DNA of 64,000 nt from Amoebophrya sp. A120 (taxonomy: Eukaryota > Protista > Dinoflagellata). This document shows, piece by piece, positions 1 to 12,563 of this stretch (position 1 is the stretch's first letter; each line of letters starts with the position of its first letter). The position numbers and the translations under genes were made by a program. Under the pieces are notes generated by a model that was given only the letters and a program-made list of their open reading frames with translations, was not told the DNA's origin and did not search any database. Location: assembly GCA_905178155.1 (NCBI GenBank), contig CAJINV010000004.1, positions 1,391,072 through 1,455,071 of the forward strand, read 5' to 3'.

Positions 1-614
1 CGATTCATCGCGGTGCCGTGCCCCCACCGCGGCGCCGCTCGTCGCGAGCGCTGCGCGGCGCTCCTCGCGGGCTTCGTCCATAGCGACCCTGTTCTACGTC
101 AGCTTCGCCGATCGCAATAGCCGTCCTGTGCCCGCGGGCCGCGCGGATCGCGATCCTGTGGCCCGCACGGATCGCGGCCGGTTCGCATGCTAGCGTCGCC
201 GGTCCGCGCCGCGGCTGCTGCTTTCTTATGGCGCACGGGCGTGGGCTTCGGCTTGGCCGAGGCGCGGCCGTCCGTATCTGCGGTAGCCCACCGACCAGCA
301 GGGCGGCGCAGCTCGCATGGCGCTCTCGAAGCAAAGTGTGTCGGTCCTGGAGTAACAAGAGCGTCTCGGTTTCAAATGCGTATCTCTGTCACCGCGTGAT
401 CAAAATCTTCCAACAGCTGATCCCTAGATCGTGCAAAGTAAAATCGTTCCAGAAATGAAATTCCAATCGCGAATCTTGTCAAGAAGATTTGCCGAAAGTG
501 CGCGCAAAGCAGTGTTGAAAAAAATTATCCGCGGAGATTAAAAATACCAAAACAGGTGGTTTTTTTCGCGCTCGAAAACTGTATGAAACTCGCTTCCGTC
601 TGATTTTTCACATT

Positions 615-3134
615 ATGCCTTCTTCGCCGAGTCGTGCGCTCGATCAGCGCATCCGGCGCACCACCGTAACCGTCGCCACTCTCGGGGGCGATCCCATCTT
701 GGAAACCCATGCGCAAGTCGTGCGGAAGGAGGCTCAAGAGAAGAAGCAGACCACTACCCGCCCCGGGCGCGCGCAAAAAGTGCGCTCGGAAGCGACACTT
801 CTCCTACCGGAAGATTATTTTTGCCCTACGTCCTCACGACGTCCAACCGATACTTTTTCTTTTCGCAGCAGCCAGCAAGAACGGCACCTTTGCACGCTGG
901 AGGATGTCGAAAAGCTAGCCGTGGAGCGGTTGGAAGCGCTTCGGGACGCCCACCTGGAGGAGCGACGGGCGGTTTACGCGTCCGCGTGCGGCTTAGAGGA
1001 CGAGCGGAAGTTTTTCGTTCTGCAAGAGTCCTCGCGTGTATGCGCAGAAGGAGTTCATCTTCCTCGCAGATTCGACCCGACAGAACCAAAACAAGACCGT
1101 AGCTGTCCCGAGACTTCTCCGTATACAACTCCCGCGCCTTGGACCGACCATCGCATCCTGCGACAGGCGCTGGCGGGGTGTTACGGTCAAGGTGCAGCTG
1201 CCCAATCCCCGGTTTTCGACTGCGCCGAGCTGTACCGCGGTCGCTGCGAGGTCGGGGGTGCGCCGGGTGTCGCGAGAATTCTCGTTCACGAGGGGCAGAA
1301 CTCCAGCTCGTCCGGTGGGCAAGGATTCTCCGAGGAACTCCGGAAGCACTTGCGCGGTGCAAAATCCTCCTTCCGGGCGAGGAAAGAAGATGCGGTAGAC
1401 CACGGCGAGAAAATTCCCCAGCAGCACCGAGGAGCTACCCAAGGTCATAGTACAACTCGCAGTTGTAGCGGTAACCACAGTTCTTCCGCGTCAGGATCCG
1501 GAGTGGATGATCCCAAACAGGCCGCTGCAGCCCCCCTGCAGGACCCGCGAGTAGTAGAGACATCAAGCACCCGCTGCAATTTCATGCGCAGAAATCATGA
1601 TCAACAACTCCGTGACCGCTTCACCCGTTACCTCTCGCCGGGGAAAGTGCATCTGTGCCGCTGGGAACTAGACGAAGCGAAGTGGGGACCGGTGCTGCGA
1701 AATTTCGTCGACGTGGAGGAATTCGATGAAAAGGCTGTGCTGGCTTTCACCCTGGTGCTGGAGAAAACGAATGTTGAGCAGGATTATTTTAACAAGGGAG
1801 CCAAATTATATGGCGACGTAGGACCACGGGACGACTTGTTGCTGATTCCGATAGACCGGCTGGGTTCTTCACCCGGAGGCTTTTTGGTCCCGGTGCAACG
1901 AACGATGAACCGCACGCCTGCGAACAACATCACACTTGCCGATGGGGTCATAGAAGATGAAGACGTCGACGCGTCAACAAACCAGGTACGCACCTTTTAC
2001 GCTTCTCCGCAGACGCGGAGCTTTTGCCAAAACTCGGTGAAGACAACTAAACGTCCATGCGGTGGCGACGATGAAGTGGGTAAGACGAAATCTGAAAACT
2101 CGAAGGCCTTCTCTTTCACTTCTGCTACCGAGGAAGCGAGATTCTGGGCAATGGTTGATTTTTGCTGCGAAAAAGCGGCGGAGCGGTGCTGGGGCGGCGG
2201 GGTGGTCGAAGTGGTGGCGGCGCTTGGTTGTACTTGCTGGGATGTTGAACAAAAGGGGTCTACTTCGTCCCTTGATGGTGTTCCGACCACCCAAGCTGAT
2301 GCTGGAGGGGAAATAACATCCCGCTGTGTTCTCAGTACGCCGCAACCCGCCCTTCCGTTCAGCGCCTGGCTTCGCGAGCGGCAGGAGACGGAGGTGAAGA
2401 AGACGCTGGTGGAGAACTTGTACCTGCTAGACCTCCGTGCAGGCGGGGACGAAGTTTGTGAAAATAGTACCCTCGTCCCCGAAGTAGATGAAGCACATGA
2501 TGCTTCTATCTCCGCTCTCGTTTCCTCTGCCGACAGAATCCGGTTCCGGGAGATACGGTCGCGGGCGGGGCAGATTCGAGAACAACTCGCGGTCGTGGAT
2601 CGGAAGTACGAGCATCTTTTTGGCTACTTTGAAGCGCTGGAATTGCACAGAAGAGAGGCTGGTGCAACGGATGCACTGGCTCGGTTGCCGGAAGGGAGCG
2701 ACGAAGAGGCATTGCAGCGGCAGGTGGAATGCGGATTATCTTCGCCGTTTGTGCTGATTCCTACCCGTGTGGAGGAAACAGGAAGCGACTCGTTTCCGGC
2801 AGAAGAGGAGAAAATTGTTTCATATTGCGAGCAAGAGGAATTTTTCGCTTCTGATGAAGAAGGTATGGAGGGCGAAAACTGCGTGGTTTCGGTTGACGAT
2901 GCTGCATCTACCGGCTCAACAGCGGCACGCGATTTCTGGGACGCCGGCGAGGACGAAAATTGTAGTGCAAAACTGATGCGCGACGAAAGCGACCCAGTGC
3001 TACCAGAGAACGGCGCTGACCGAGAAGATTTTAGAGACCTACAGTCACTTTTCAAATCGACTCCAATAGATTCCCTTCCTTTATTTCCACTCGAGCTCTC
3101 TATGCTCGTGAAAGACCGTGGGTATAATTATTGA
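615..3134 (+). CDS. Intronless 839-aa hypothetical protein, acidic C-terminus
   Basis: Long uninterrupted ORF followed by AT-rich 3' sequence. A short segment (TLEDVEKLAVERLEALR...DHRILRQ) faintly recalls the DNA primase large-subunit N-terminus, too weak to name. Confidence 0.7.
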   Translation: MPSSPSRALDQRIRRTTVTVATLGGDPILETHAQVVRKEAQEKKQTTTRPGRAQKVRSEATLLLPEDYFCPTSSRRPTDTFSFRSSQQERHLCTLEDVEKLAVERLEALRDAHLEERRAVYASACGLEDERKFFVLQESSRVCAEGVHLPRRFDPTEPKQDRSCPETSPYTTPAPWTDHRILRQALAGCYGQGAAAQSPVFDCAELYRGRCEVGGAPGVARILVHEGQNSSSSGGQGFSEELRKHLRGAKSSFRARKEDAVDHGEKIPQQHRGATQGHSTTRSCSGNHSSSASGSGVDDPKQAAAAPLQDPRVVETSSTRCNFMRRNHDQQLRDRFTRYLSPGKVHLCRWELDEAKWGPVLRNFVDVEEFDEKAVLAFTLVLEKTNVEQDYFNKGAKLYGDVGPRDDLLLIPIDRLGSSPGGFLVPVQRTMNRTPANNITLADGVIEDEDVDASTNQVRTFYASPQTRSFCQNSVKTTKRPCGGDDEVGKTKSENSKAFSFTSATEEARFWAMVDFCCEKAAERCWGGGVVEVVAALGCTCWDVEQKGSTSSLDGVPTTQADAGGEITSRCVLSTPQPALPFSAWLRERQETEVKKTLVENLYLLDLRAGGDEVCENSTLVPEVDEAHDASISALVSSADRIRFREIRSRAGQIREQLAVVDRKYEHLFGYFEALELHRREAGATDALARLPEGSDEEALQRQVECGLSSPFVLIPTRVEETGSDSFPAEEEKIVSYCEQEEFFASDEEGMEGENCVVSVDDAASTGSTAARDFWDAGEDENCSAKLMRDESDPVLPENGADREDFRDLQSLFKSTPIDSLPLFPLELSMLVKDRGYNY

Positions 3135-3648
3135 AAACGAATAAAATCGACAAAATGACTTTATGTATTGTTCCCCAATCATTATCAAAAAAATCCTGCT
3201 ACGTATGCGCTTCATGCTTCTACATGTTTCCACAACTGATATTGTTCCAATAAGCAGTCAACCTGCAGGCTTCTTCTCCAGCGGCAAAATGAGCTGGAGA
3301 AATGTTTCGCAGTAAGATCTGATGGAATCCATTTGTGAACAACAAGTTTTCTTTTGCGATCCTGAAGTGACAGAGTCGAAAACCTTTTTCATCCGCGGTT
3401 GACGAGATCCGTAGTACTGAAACAAATCACGGCAGGATCACAAAAAATTCAGATGTCTGTTTTGGTTGTTGAATGATTTTCTTTTGCTGTTTTCTGCATT
3501 TCATCCCAGGGCACTGAAACAAGGTTCAAAATTAAGTCGCACTTCGAAGATAGTCTCACCCTTTGTTTTCGATTGCGTTTTGCACAACAGTAGAATTAAG
3601 TTTGAATTTTTCTACTTTACTTTCTCGGAAAACTCTTAAAAAAGAAAC

Positions 3649-6600
3649 ATGGGCCTGTTCGTGTTGCCAGAAGATACCGGTGCCGGTTGGGGCCCGAGCG
3701 GCGAGTCGTCGTCGTCCCTGCCGAAGTATCCGATCGAGAACATCAACAGGTATTGAATAAAGATTTTTTTGTAGTTGTTTTGCATGCGAAAAACGACGAT
3801 ATACCATGTACGTGATATCGCTACGCAAAAGTGGTCTCCTTCCCGAAAAACACAAACTCCTCACCCCAGATACCCCCCGGCGCGCGTGGGTAAAGCTTGC
3901 GACTTCACCCAGGCCACCCAGGACCGCATTCGGCAGATGCAGGCGCGTGACGCGGCACAGGGCGGCAATATGCAGGGCCGAAAACAGAACACCTGGGCGC
4001 AGCAACAGCAGCCGCTCGTGGTCGAGGACGGCTATAACTTGGTGGACACAAAAGCGAGCGCGCGGAAGAAGCAGAACAGCGGCTACGCACAGAGGAGCCG
4101 ACCGAATTATCAGCAAAGTAGAGAAGCTAATGTCAGATTTATTTGTAATGCGTAGAAATAGAATTAGAATAAAATACAGCTAGACCTAGAGCTGCAGATG
4201 AAGTAGAAGTCGTGTATGAAAACTTGTCGTGCGCGAAGCGGAATGAGATGAACCTGTGCTGTCTAGCGTGATATCCTTGTTCCGTCAAAACCTCCAACCA
4301 AAATCACGCCCACAGTGAACCAGAACGCGATTAAGCAGCAGAACTACCAGGAGGGTATTTTGGGTAAAAACGCGAAGACCAAGCCCACCGACCCGAAGAA
4401 GGCCGCCGCGGCGAAGGGCATATCAAATGCAAAAATGTCTGGGTCTGGAAGGATGCAAGGTTTGCCATGCACATTTTGCATGACTCCTGATGTCTGCGAT
4501 GCATGCCCTAGCATCACAGATCTTGTGAGGGCTTTCTGATGCCTATACCGTATGAGAAATGCCCTCTCGCCGGGGCCAAAACCAGACCTCTTTTGCTGTT
4601 CATGCAATACAGATTTTTGGATAATGCAGACGAAGCATGACAAGTTGCATTCTTCCAGACCCAGACACTTTTACAGTTGATAGGGCAAGGGGAAGGGCAA
4701 GGGAAAAGGCTTCAACAACCGCCGGGGCATGCAGGCGCCGACCTTCCGGGACTGGAGTGTGCCCGTCAAGAACGATTGGGAGACTTTGGTGGAGTTCCCT
4801 TTGACCGGGTTTGTCAAGATGGGCTTGGACGCAAGACAGGTGAAAGCCGAGGACTTGGTGTGGTGCGGAAAGCTCTACCACGTCAGCAAGGCCTTCGACC
4901 GGGTGAATTTTCGGCAGGCAAAGCAGCTGCCGGTCGCCAACGACGTCAACTTTTACAACGTATTCTGGTTGATGATATGTTGCGATTTCACTTTTTACAA
5001 AAACACATTATGTTATCCTTTTGATGCTACACCAGTGTTTATTTGCATGCACAAACAAAGTCACGTGGAAAATAAGATCAACATCAAGCACGTCAAATTA
5101 CGCATGACAACAAGAACCTTCTCCCAACAACAGCCCACCACCACCCAAGACGAGACTATTGAGGCTCTGATGACCGACGACTCCAGCATTGAGGTCGCGG
5201 GAACGGATCACATCCTCGCCTGTCTCATGGCCGCGGGGAGAAGTGTGTACTCCTGGGATGTTTTGGTCCAGAAGATCGGCAACAAATTGATCTTCGACAA
5301 GCGCGACGGCGCGCCGTGCGATTTCACGACCGTGAACGAAACCGCGCAGGAACCGCCCAGCTACAACCCGGAAGACAAGGACAGCATCAACGCACCACCC
5401 AAGCTGTCCCGGGAAGCCGCACGTACTTATTTTTTGGAAAAATTTTTTCGTGGCTGATTTGGTGACTAAAGTTATTTTTCAAGAACACGTGTGCATGACA
5501 ATTCCTGATCATAGTGCTGTGTATGTGTTTCGGCCTTACAAATTCCACAACTAAAAACAGGTGTCAACCAGAACTTTTCCGAGTGCGTCGTGGATCGCAA
5601 AATCGACCCGGAGGAGCACGAGCCACACCCTTTTGGTGACGACGAAGAAGAGGAAGTGTCGGCAATCTGCTACCGATACAGAAAATTCACCCTGCCAGGT
5701 ATCTATAATTAAAGTAACTGTGTGCTTCTTCAACACTGGGATTTGATGACATATATGCACCTCACCACCTGCTGGCTTTTCTTCGCAGCAGCACTACAAG
5801 CTGCTGTGACAATTATGTTTGGAGTTGCGGACGACCGGCGCTGTGCAGGAGGATGAAATTTCAACGAGACGATCTTCAAGCACACAAGAATACACAACAA
5901 ATAGCCACGTCGAGTTGTGTCAAAATATGAAAATAAACCACAGGTGACAAGAAATCTCCGGACCCGCTCCGACAGCAGGACGTGGCGATGGTGGTTCGCG
6001 CGGAAGTGAGCGGAAAAACCGCCAGCCAGTACGTGTCCGCAAAGTGCCTGAACTATTTCGAGGCGATATTCTGAGTAAAAACGTCCCCACCCCAGAGTTG
6101 TGATGCAAATCTGCATGCCAAAAAAGTTTCTCATGCGGAACCCCATGAGAAGCATTTTCTAGCCGTGTTTGGGAATTTGTGATGCTAGAATCAGCATGAT
6201 GTGCTAGATCTGTGATGCTTTTCAACCAGCTAAACAGGATTACGCTACGAGGACAAACTTGTCATGCGAAACAACCAAAGCTGGTGGATTTGTTATAGCA
6301 GATTCGTTCCGCATCTTGACTGTGTTGTGGGGACGTTTTTCCTCAGGATAGGCGAAGAATTCCACTATCACGTGGCGACAACACTTGGAGGCGCAGCCCG
6401 GTGCGGTCTTGGCGAACGAACTGAAAAACAACAGCTTCAAACTCGGAAGATGGGTGGCGCAGGTATAATCAATCTACAAAAATGTATCGCCACAGTGAAA
6501 GTAGGTCTGGCACCAGTGGACCGTGTCTGTACTTAATTACATGCGGGATCTTTTTACCACAGCTAGATGCCGTGGGCATTACTCAAAAACTTGCATATAT

Positions 6601-7236
6601 GACATGAATACAGGCTATCCTCGCCGGTTGCGAGCAGATCAAGCTGGGTTACGCCATGCGGCAGCGGGAGTCCGACCCCATGTTGCACGAGCTGGTGTGC
6701 GTGCAGGCGCAGCCGACCAACCAGCTGGCGTCCCAGATTTCCCTCTCCTTAAACAACGCGTTTGGCATTCTCCGGCACATCATCGACACTTTGCGGGACC
6801 AGGAGGATGGCTCGTTTATCTTCCTGAAGGACCCGAACAAACCGATCCTGCGACTCTACTCCGTGCCGGACGGGTGCTTTGATCCGGATGAGGAGGACGA
6901 GGAGGAGGAAGATGGTGAGGACGAAGAGGACGCGTCGGATGATATCCTGTGTAAAAACGTCCCCACCCCAGAGTTGTCATGCAGATTTGCCATGACAGGA
7001 ACATTTGTGATGCGCAACCCCATGACAGGCATTTTCAATCGTGTTTGGGAACTTGTAATGCTGTGAACAGGCTGAGCAGATGATTCTGTGACGCGGCTGC
7101 ACTTGCTAACCTGCACTACACTGCATAGTGCAACTTGTCATGCGTGACTCACAAAACTCCTAGGTTTGTGTTGCAAAATCCCAATCCTGACTCTGATGTG
7201 GGTACGTTTTTACTCAGGATAGATGACGACGCATAA
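3649..7236 (+). CDS. eIF3d: Eukaryotic translation initiation factor 3 subunit D (multi-exon: GT-AG introns plus 3 TIR introners)
   Basis: Reconstructed exons give [97 protein letters not shown] and [15 protein letters not shown] plus an acidic tail. These are typical eIF3d motifs. Stop TAA at 7234-7236 after removing element 6943-7221. Confidence 0.95.
4421..4682. mobile_element. Introner family A (262 bp), TSD GGGCA, in eIF3d exon
   Basis: TIR TATCAAATGCAAAAATGTCTGGGTCTGGAAG / CTTCCAGACCCAGACACTTTTACAGTTGATA. GGGCA on both sides. Removal gives [18 protein letters not shown] in frame. Confidence 0.95.
6067..6350. mobile_element. Introner family B (284 bp), TSD GGCGA, in eIF3d exon
   Basis: TIR TATTCTGAGTAAAAACGTCCCCAC / GTGGGGACGTTTTTCCTCAGGATA. 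Removal gives [17 protein letters not shown]. Confidence 0.95.
6943..7221. mobile_element. Introner family B (279 bp), TSD GATGA, just before the eIF3d stop
   Basis: TIR TATCCTGTGTAAAAACGT / ACGTTTTTACTCAGGATA. Removal gives DASD-DDA*. Confidence 0.93.
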
Positions 7237-8494
7237 AGAAGAAATTCAAGTTGCGGTCAGATCAACATCTTCCCTGGTCGTGCTGTCCTCTCAGTAGAAG
7301 ATGTTGACATCACCAGGGGAATTTCAAAAGTGCTTCTTGAACAAGATGGCGCGGCTAACGGTGAATTTCTACACGGAAGAGTATGAGTAAGCACTTTTCG
7401 TTTTCGACGCGACCTCCAAAGGAACATCAACATCATCGACAATCGGAGATGACACTGACAACTACCACACCGTCTTCCCACGACCGTCTCAACAAGCAGG
7501 AAGTGTACTGTTAAAGCAAGCAGCCGGAGTCATGAAGAGATCGTTAGGAAGAGCCAAAACGATCCGCGCGGTTCATCTCTTCTAATGCTCTCGGCCGAGC
7601 TAGCTGTTTTGCGATGCGACAAGGACGAAAATTATGTGTCAAGAGGAGAAGTCTTCTTGCGTAGGTTTTCTTGTGCAAGGGGTCGGCTCGTCTGATGCGA
7701 TGAAGAATAACCCATATTTTTATTTTGCTTATACGAAGTAGAACACTACACGACCATGGAGTTATCAAGAGCACAGAGACTGTTTCACAGTCGGACATCA
7801 AACTTTTTCACTTTTATTTCACCAAGCAAACTTACGCTGCAAACTCAAATGAGATTTTCTTCACCATCTCATCGCAGGATAGTACAACTTCACACGATAA
7901 TTTGATACGCTCAACACTTCGAATCCGTCGGAAGAATTTTCAACACCGTTGAATCACACGCCGGTTTGTTTCACGGTGCACAGATTTTACGGTGTTTTGT
8001 TGTTCAGAATTTATTTCCCGGGCGCACCGCGGTTGTGGTTTTTCTTCTATTTTTAAAATGAACACAGCGCGTATAATTTTATCGTGTTTCAACAGCCGCG
8101 TGCCATCTCGTCGTCGTTGTCACAGCACGACAAATAAACCCGAGCAAAAAAAAGTGGCCGATGAAGGTTCAAAGTCTACTTCCGAGAGTGCAGCGCGTTC
8201 TTTCCAGTGTGGAACACAAAAAGCGCGAAGAACTTCTGCTGTTGTTATAAATTCTTCAATAGTTCTGGTCGATTGCTGCAAAAACCTCTATCGCTCTTGA
8301 TCTCGAAGTCTACTTCTACCTAGTTGGCCGCGGGAGTTGAAGAACTACAAACTCGCAACTGAGAGAAAAATATGCCCCCAAGGAGGACGACGCAGCGGTT
8401 GTTTAGAAGCGAGCTTTCCTGATTCGCTTCCTCGCCTAAGCGGGACGTCGCAAACACCGCTTTATTCCCGCGGATCCACCAGCGAGAACATAAC

Positions 8495-11400
8495 ATGATT
8501 GGGTCCCCGGGCAAGATTGCGAAGGCCCGGTACCAGGATGCCTTTGACTCGGACATTTTCGCGGCGCCCGCCCGGCAGCAGCAGAAAGCCTACCCCGCGG
8601 GCTACCGCCGCGACCAGAACACGGCCGAGCTTTTCGGCGAGGAGGTATTTGCCCGCGACCTGAAAAAGCAGCAGGGCACCTTCGAACCGCGGGCGGATCC
8701 GCTGTCCCCGAGGAGGAAAAAGTTGCACTTTCTGCAGGGGGGCTCCGTGCCCGAAACGAATCAGCAAGACTTCGAACGGCTGCAAGGGTATGGGCAGGGC
8801 CGGGCGCAGGTCGGGTTTACCGACGACACGGACCATATTGCTATCCCCGGGGAACAAGAGGGAGTTGTTCTTTTCAGTCGGAAGGTTTTGTTTTCATCGT
8901 GTCTGTCATGATGATTTACGTGCTTTCCGATTTACGTTCTATCCACAGGAATGGTTTAAAATTGGTCACCGATGGCAGATATAAATAGTCTAGTTGAAGA
9001 ACGCTTCATGCATGACAAAAACCCGCCGACTCAGAATTTTTCTCTCGAACAAGAACCACGGCAGCCATCCTGTCGTAAGGAGACATCAGGTGGGAAAGGG
9101 AAAAAAGTGTTTTTCATGGCACTGATTCTGGTGGTTGCTAAATAAAATCACCTTCTCCTGCATACCAACAGTACGTCAAGGTCTAACTGCGAGTGATGCA
9201 TGTACTTGCGCTCTCTGGTCGTGCACAGTTCATACCTGTTAATACCTTGCCACCGCGACGGCCGTGTGAGCTTAATAACTAGAGGACTACAGCACCGTGG
9301 CTACATACTAACGTAGCAGCAAGATCATGAAAAAGGAGGTTTTCCTTTCCATACTGAGAGCTGGAGAGCCACATATTTCCCAGCCACGCCAAAGTAAATG
9401 CGGAGGAAACGCAGGTACGTGATGCTTGAAGAAAAAGGATGCGTAAAACACAGTTTGGTTGGCGGACTTCTTTGTGCGCGTCACAAACTTTATTATTGTG
9501 TCGTCCCCGTCGCGAGGTAGTTTGCGTGAAAAACAGAGATGTAGTCCTTTTCCTCGCTAGGCACCAATCATGTTGTGGTGCACCATTTCGACTACTATCT
9601 CACTGTCACTAACATCAGGGCAAGTACCAGAACAACAAGATAACGCCGCACTGCTTCAACTGGTTTAACAGCGAGCCCGTTGCGAAGCCACCTCCAAGCG
9701 GGTATTATAGGAAAACTTTTTTTTGGGGATATTCATATTTTGTCATGCGCACTCACTAGCTTGAACAAAATTGTCATGTCAATCTCCAATGTCATAAATC
9801 GAAAATGTTGAATCGATTGTTGAAAAGTTCTATAGTTCGCCAAAAACAAACCACCGCAGCGCCACGAGTTCCGTGACACACCAGGATCGGGCCTACGCCG
9901 AGAAGGCGAGTCATCTGTTCGAGCATGAGACGCCATTGCCGCCCTCGCTGGAATATGCTGTGCAAAAGTATCGTACTCGTATAAATGCAGGTCTTGCATT
10001 TACAAATTTCTTTGTTAAGGCAAATCAGCATTACAAATTTTATTTCTCATGCTGAGAAAATTTGTAATGCATTTATACGAGTACGATACTTTTGCAGTTC
10101 ATATGGAATCACAGCGGGAAAACTACCTTTTGTGGAAATGAAACCTTTTATCCTGAGTAAAAGCGGACCCACACCATAGTTGTCATGCAAATCTGCATGC
10201 TTAAAATGTTTGTCATGCGGAGCCCCATGAGAAGCATTTTCTAAGGGTGTTTTGAAATTTGTCATGCTCCAATCAGCATGAGAGACTAGATCTGTAATGC
10301 TGCTGAACTAGCTCAAACAGCACTACACTACGCGTCCAAATTTGTCATGCGAAACAAGCAAAGTTGGCCGATTTGTCTAGCAGATTTTCCATCTTGACTC
10401 TGGTGTGGGTACGTTTTTACTCAGGATACCTTTGGGCGGGGACTCAGTGTAGCTGTGATGGACAGCAGATCGATCAGCATGTCGTGCATGTTCATGTTGT
10501 AGTTGACAAGAACGCAATAATACTTGTACAGGCCTCAAGAAAGTTGTGGTGCACATGATCAGAAGCTGCAGCGTTCTTCCGGCACGACAAAAGTACTTAC
10601 TTGATCCGGTGACGCTACTAGCCACAGTAGAGTGCTAGAGGGAGCAGAACAAAGCTGCTCTGGTACACTCGCTACTGCAATCGGTTTCCACTTGCATACC
10701 CGGCGGCAATGTCTCAAGAGTCCGAGGATTTGAGAAGAAGAAAAGCAAATCAGTACGATGTTGTCGTGTTTCTTGTACGGTTCTGGCTGTTGTGCATGAC
10801 AAATTTATTTGCGACTGTTCGTGGTTGTCGTCGTGAAGGATAAAAATTTATGCGCAGGACAACTTCATCAGGTATTACTCGGATCTTTTCGGCAGAGAAA
10901 CGCCGGCAACAGGGAAAGACGCTCTGGCCGCGTATCATCCGAAGCCGCTCGCTATGAGAAGAAAAAGTTTATTTGTGTTGCAGAGCTTGCACTAGTACTG
11001 ATTCATTATCATTGCATAACAGGAGCGTGTTTTCATTTCGTTGTCGCTACTGGGCAAGCGTAGCGGTAAGAGAAAGAGTTTAGTGTTTTCTGCAACACAA
11101 TAACTTTTTTTCTTCCAAACTTCCGAGCCCTGAAGCCAAAATCGCAGTGCACGGGGAGTGGACCTATGAAGGGGGAAAGATTATCACCGAAGAAACTTGT
11201 CATGCGATGAACTATCAGAGACAGAGATCCTGCTTTTGTGCAGCTACTGCAATGACTGTTCCATAGATCTCTGCATTGTCACATTCCTGTAAAGTAGACT
11301 TGCCAGCAGTATGCGCCCAGCTATGCAAGCTAGACGATGTCGTCCTCGTGATAATGAATTTTATTTCTCTCGATAGGTGCGATGCTCGAACAAACGCGCG

Positions 11401-12346
11401 GTCCGACGAGCGACCCATGACGGCAAAGGTATTTACGGTTTTGTGATGCTGAAAACGCATGGGCTTTTTAATTTGTCGTGTGGATTTATTCTCGACTTCA
11501 GTTTGCGCGTTTACAACTTCTCGGATACCCCAAGTGCTAGTGCTTTGTCGGTCAAAACCTAAAAGATAGCCTCACGGCACCACGACTTCGGTACTGTACA
11601 CAAGATGCTGACAGTAACGGCAACAGTCGGTTTATTAGAAACCGTCTTCGTCGGTTGAAACTGAAACAGAGGCTTCCGTAGTTGCACCACTGCGTGCCAG
11701 AGGCTGCTGCTTCCAGATTGATTCCAAAAGGTTCGGTTGCGTCGGCCACGTAAGCGGCCTCTTCGGTGCGTCGTGATGTTGACTAAGTGTGAAGATTTCA
11801 TATGTAATTTCGGTGGCGTCGTGGTACTTCTAAAGCCCCAAATGAAATAAAACATGCAGCCAAAGATAAAGCGTGTTGAATTTTATCCTCTGTCAGGAGC
11901 GGCAATTTCGGGAGCTGTACCGCACGGAGGTGCCAGAATCCGGGGTATCAAATGTAAAAGTGTCTGGGTCTGGAAACTTGTAATGCTGCGTTGGGGATAG
12001 TGTGTGAATGCTCTGCAATGCACAGGCAAGCATGAGAAGTATCCGCGCTTCTTTGTGTTGCGTTTTTCGCATGACAAACTGCGTTTTTGCATGACAGGCA
12101 AAAGGGTCTCTTCTTGGACACGCATCACAAACTTTTTGGTGATGTCAGACGAGCATGACAAATCTCAAGATCTTCCAGACCCAGACATATTTGCATTTGA
12201 TACGGCGCAAGAGACTACAACCCGGTGGATTCCGAGGTTGCACCTATTGCAACCGACACCTCGAGCAAAGTCAAAAGGTACTTGTATTGGTTTCATGGAA
12301 GACTTCTACCACTTCACTCATAATTTCATCCAGGTACAGTATGTAG
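8495..12346 (+). CDS. Multi-exon hypothetical protein with recurring (S/A)xLF(G/E) motifs; exon boundaries approximate
   Basis: GC-rich coding patches MIGSPGK..., AEKASHLFEHETP, YYSDLFGRETP and ERQFRELYRTEVPESGARDYNPVD separated by AT-richer introns. The 3' end is tentative. Confidence 0.55.
9954..10103. mobile_element. Introner family C (150 bp), TSD TGGAA
   Basis: TIR TATGCTGTGCAAAAGTATCGTACTCGTATAAATGC / GCATTTATACGAGTACGATACTTTTGCAGTTCATA. Removal gives PSLE-SQREN. Confidence 0.9.
10149..10428. mobile_element. Family B element (280 bp), TSD CCTTT, probably inside an ordinary intron
   Basis: TIR TATCCTGAGTAAAA / TTTTACTCAGGATA with CCTTT on both sides. The upstream coding frame hits a stop before the element. 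Confidence 0.9.
11946..12202. mobile_element. Introner family A (257 bp), TSD CGGGG/CGGCG
   Basis: Family-A TIRs and a 4/5 TSD match. Removal gives PESG-ARDYNPVD. Confidence 0.9.
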
Positions 12347-12563
12347 AGTCCACAACTGCTCCATAAGTACTGATGTTTTTTACGTAGTTCCCCCTCCCCA
12401 CCCGATGTTGACGAAAAGTCGTGTACAATATCCCCCCATCAGAGCAGTTTTTTACGAATGTTCTTCCCGGAAAAATGATCATCTCTTGAGATAATATCAA
12501 GACAACTTCTTCATCTTCTTCCAACCGCCACGACTAAACAACGGGGAAGAATCAGAATAAGCT

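Noticed and set aside
615-1200. DNA primase large subunit assignment
   Set aside because: Only two short, weak motif resemblances, and no recognisable Fe-S cluster domain. An HMM search would be needed.
4429-4539. Recurring peptides such as [20 protein letters not shown] and KNVPTPE as a repeated protein domain
   Set aside because: They are translations of family A and B TIRs read through from exons, not real protein repeats.
4421-4682. Reading the terminal TA dinucleotides as a Tc1/mariner-type TA target duplication
   Set aside because: A 5-bp exon-derived direct repeat lies outside the TA at every complete site, and frames are restored when both TAs are removed, so TA belongs to the element.
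3649-7236. eIF3d and CAX as transposon-disrupted pseudogenes
   Set aside because: I saw no stops or frameshifts apart from the elements and introns, conserved motifs are intact, and the same pattern affects most genes in the window.
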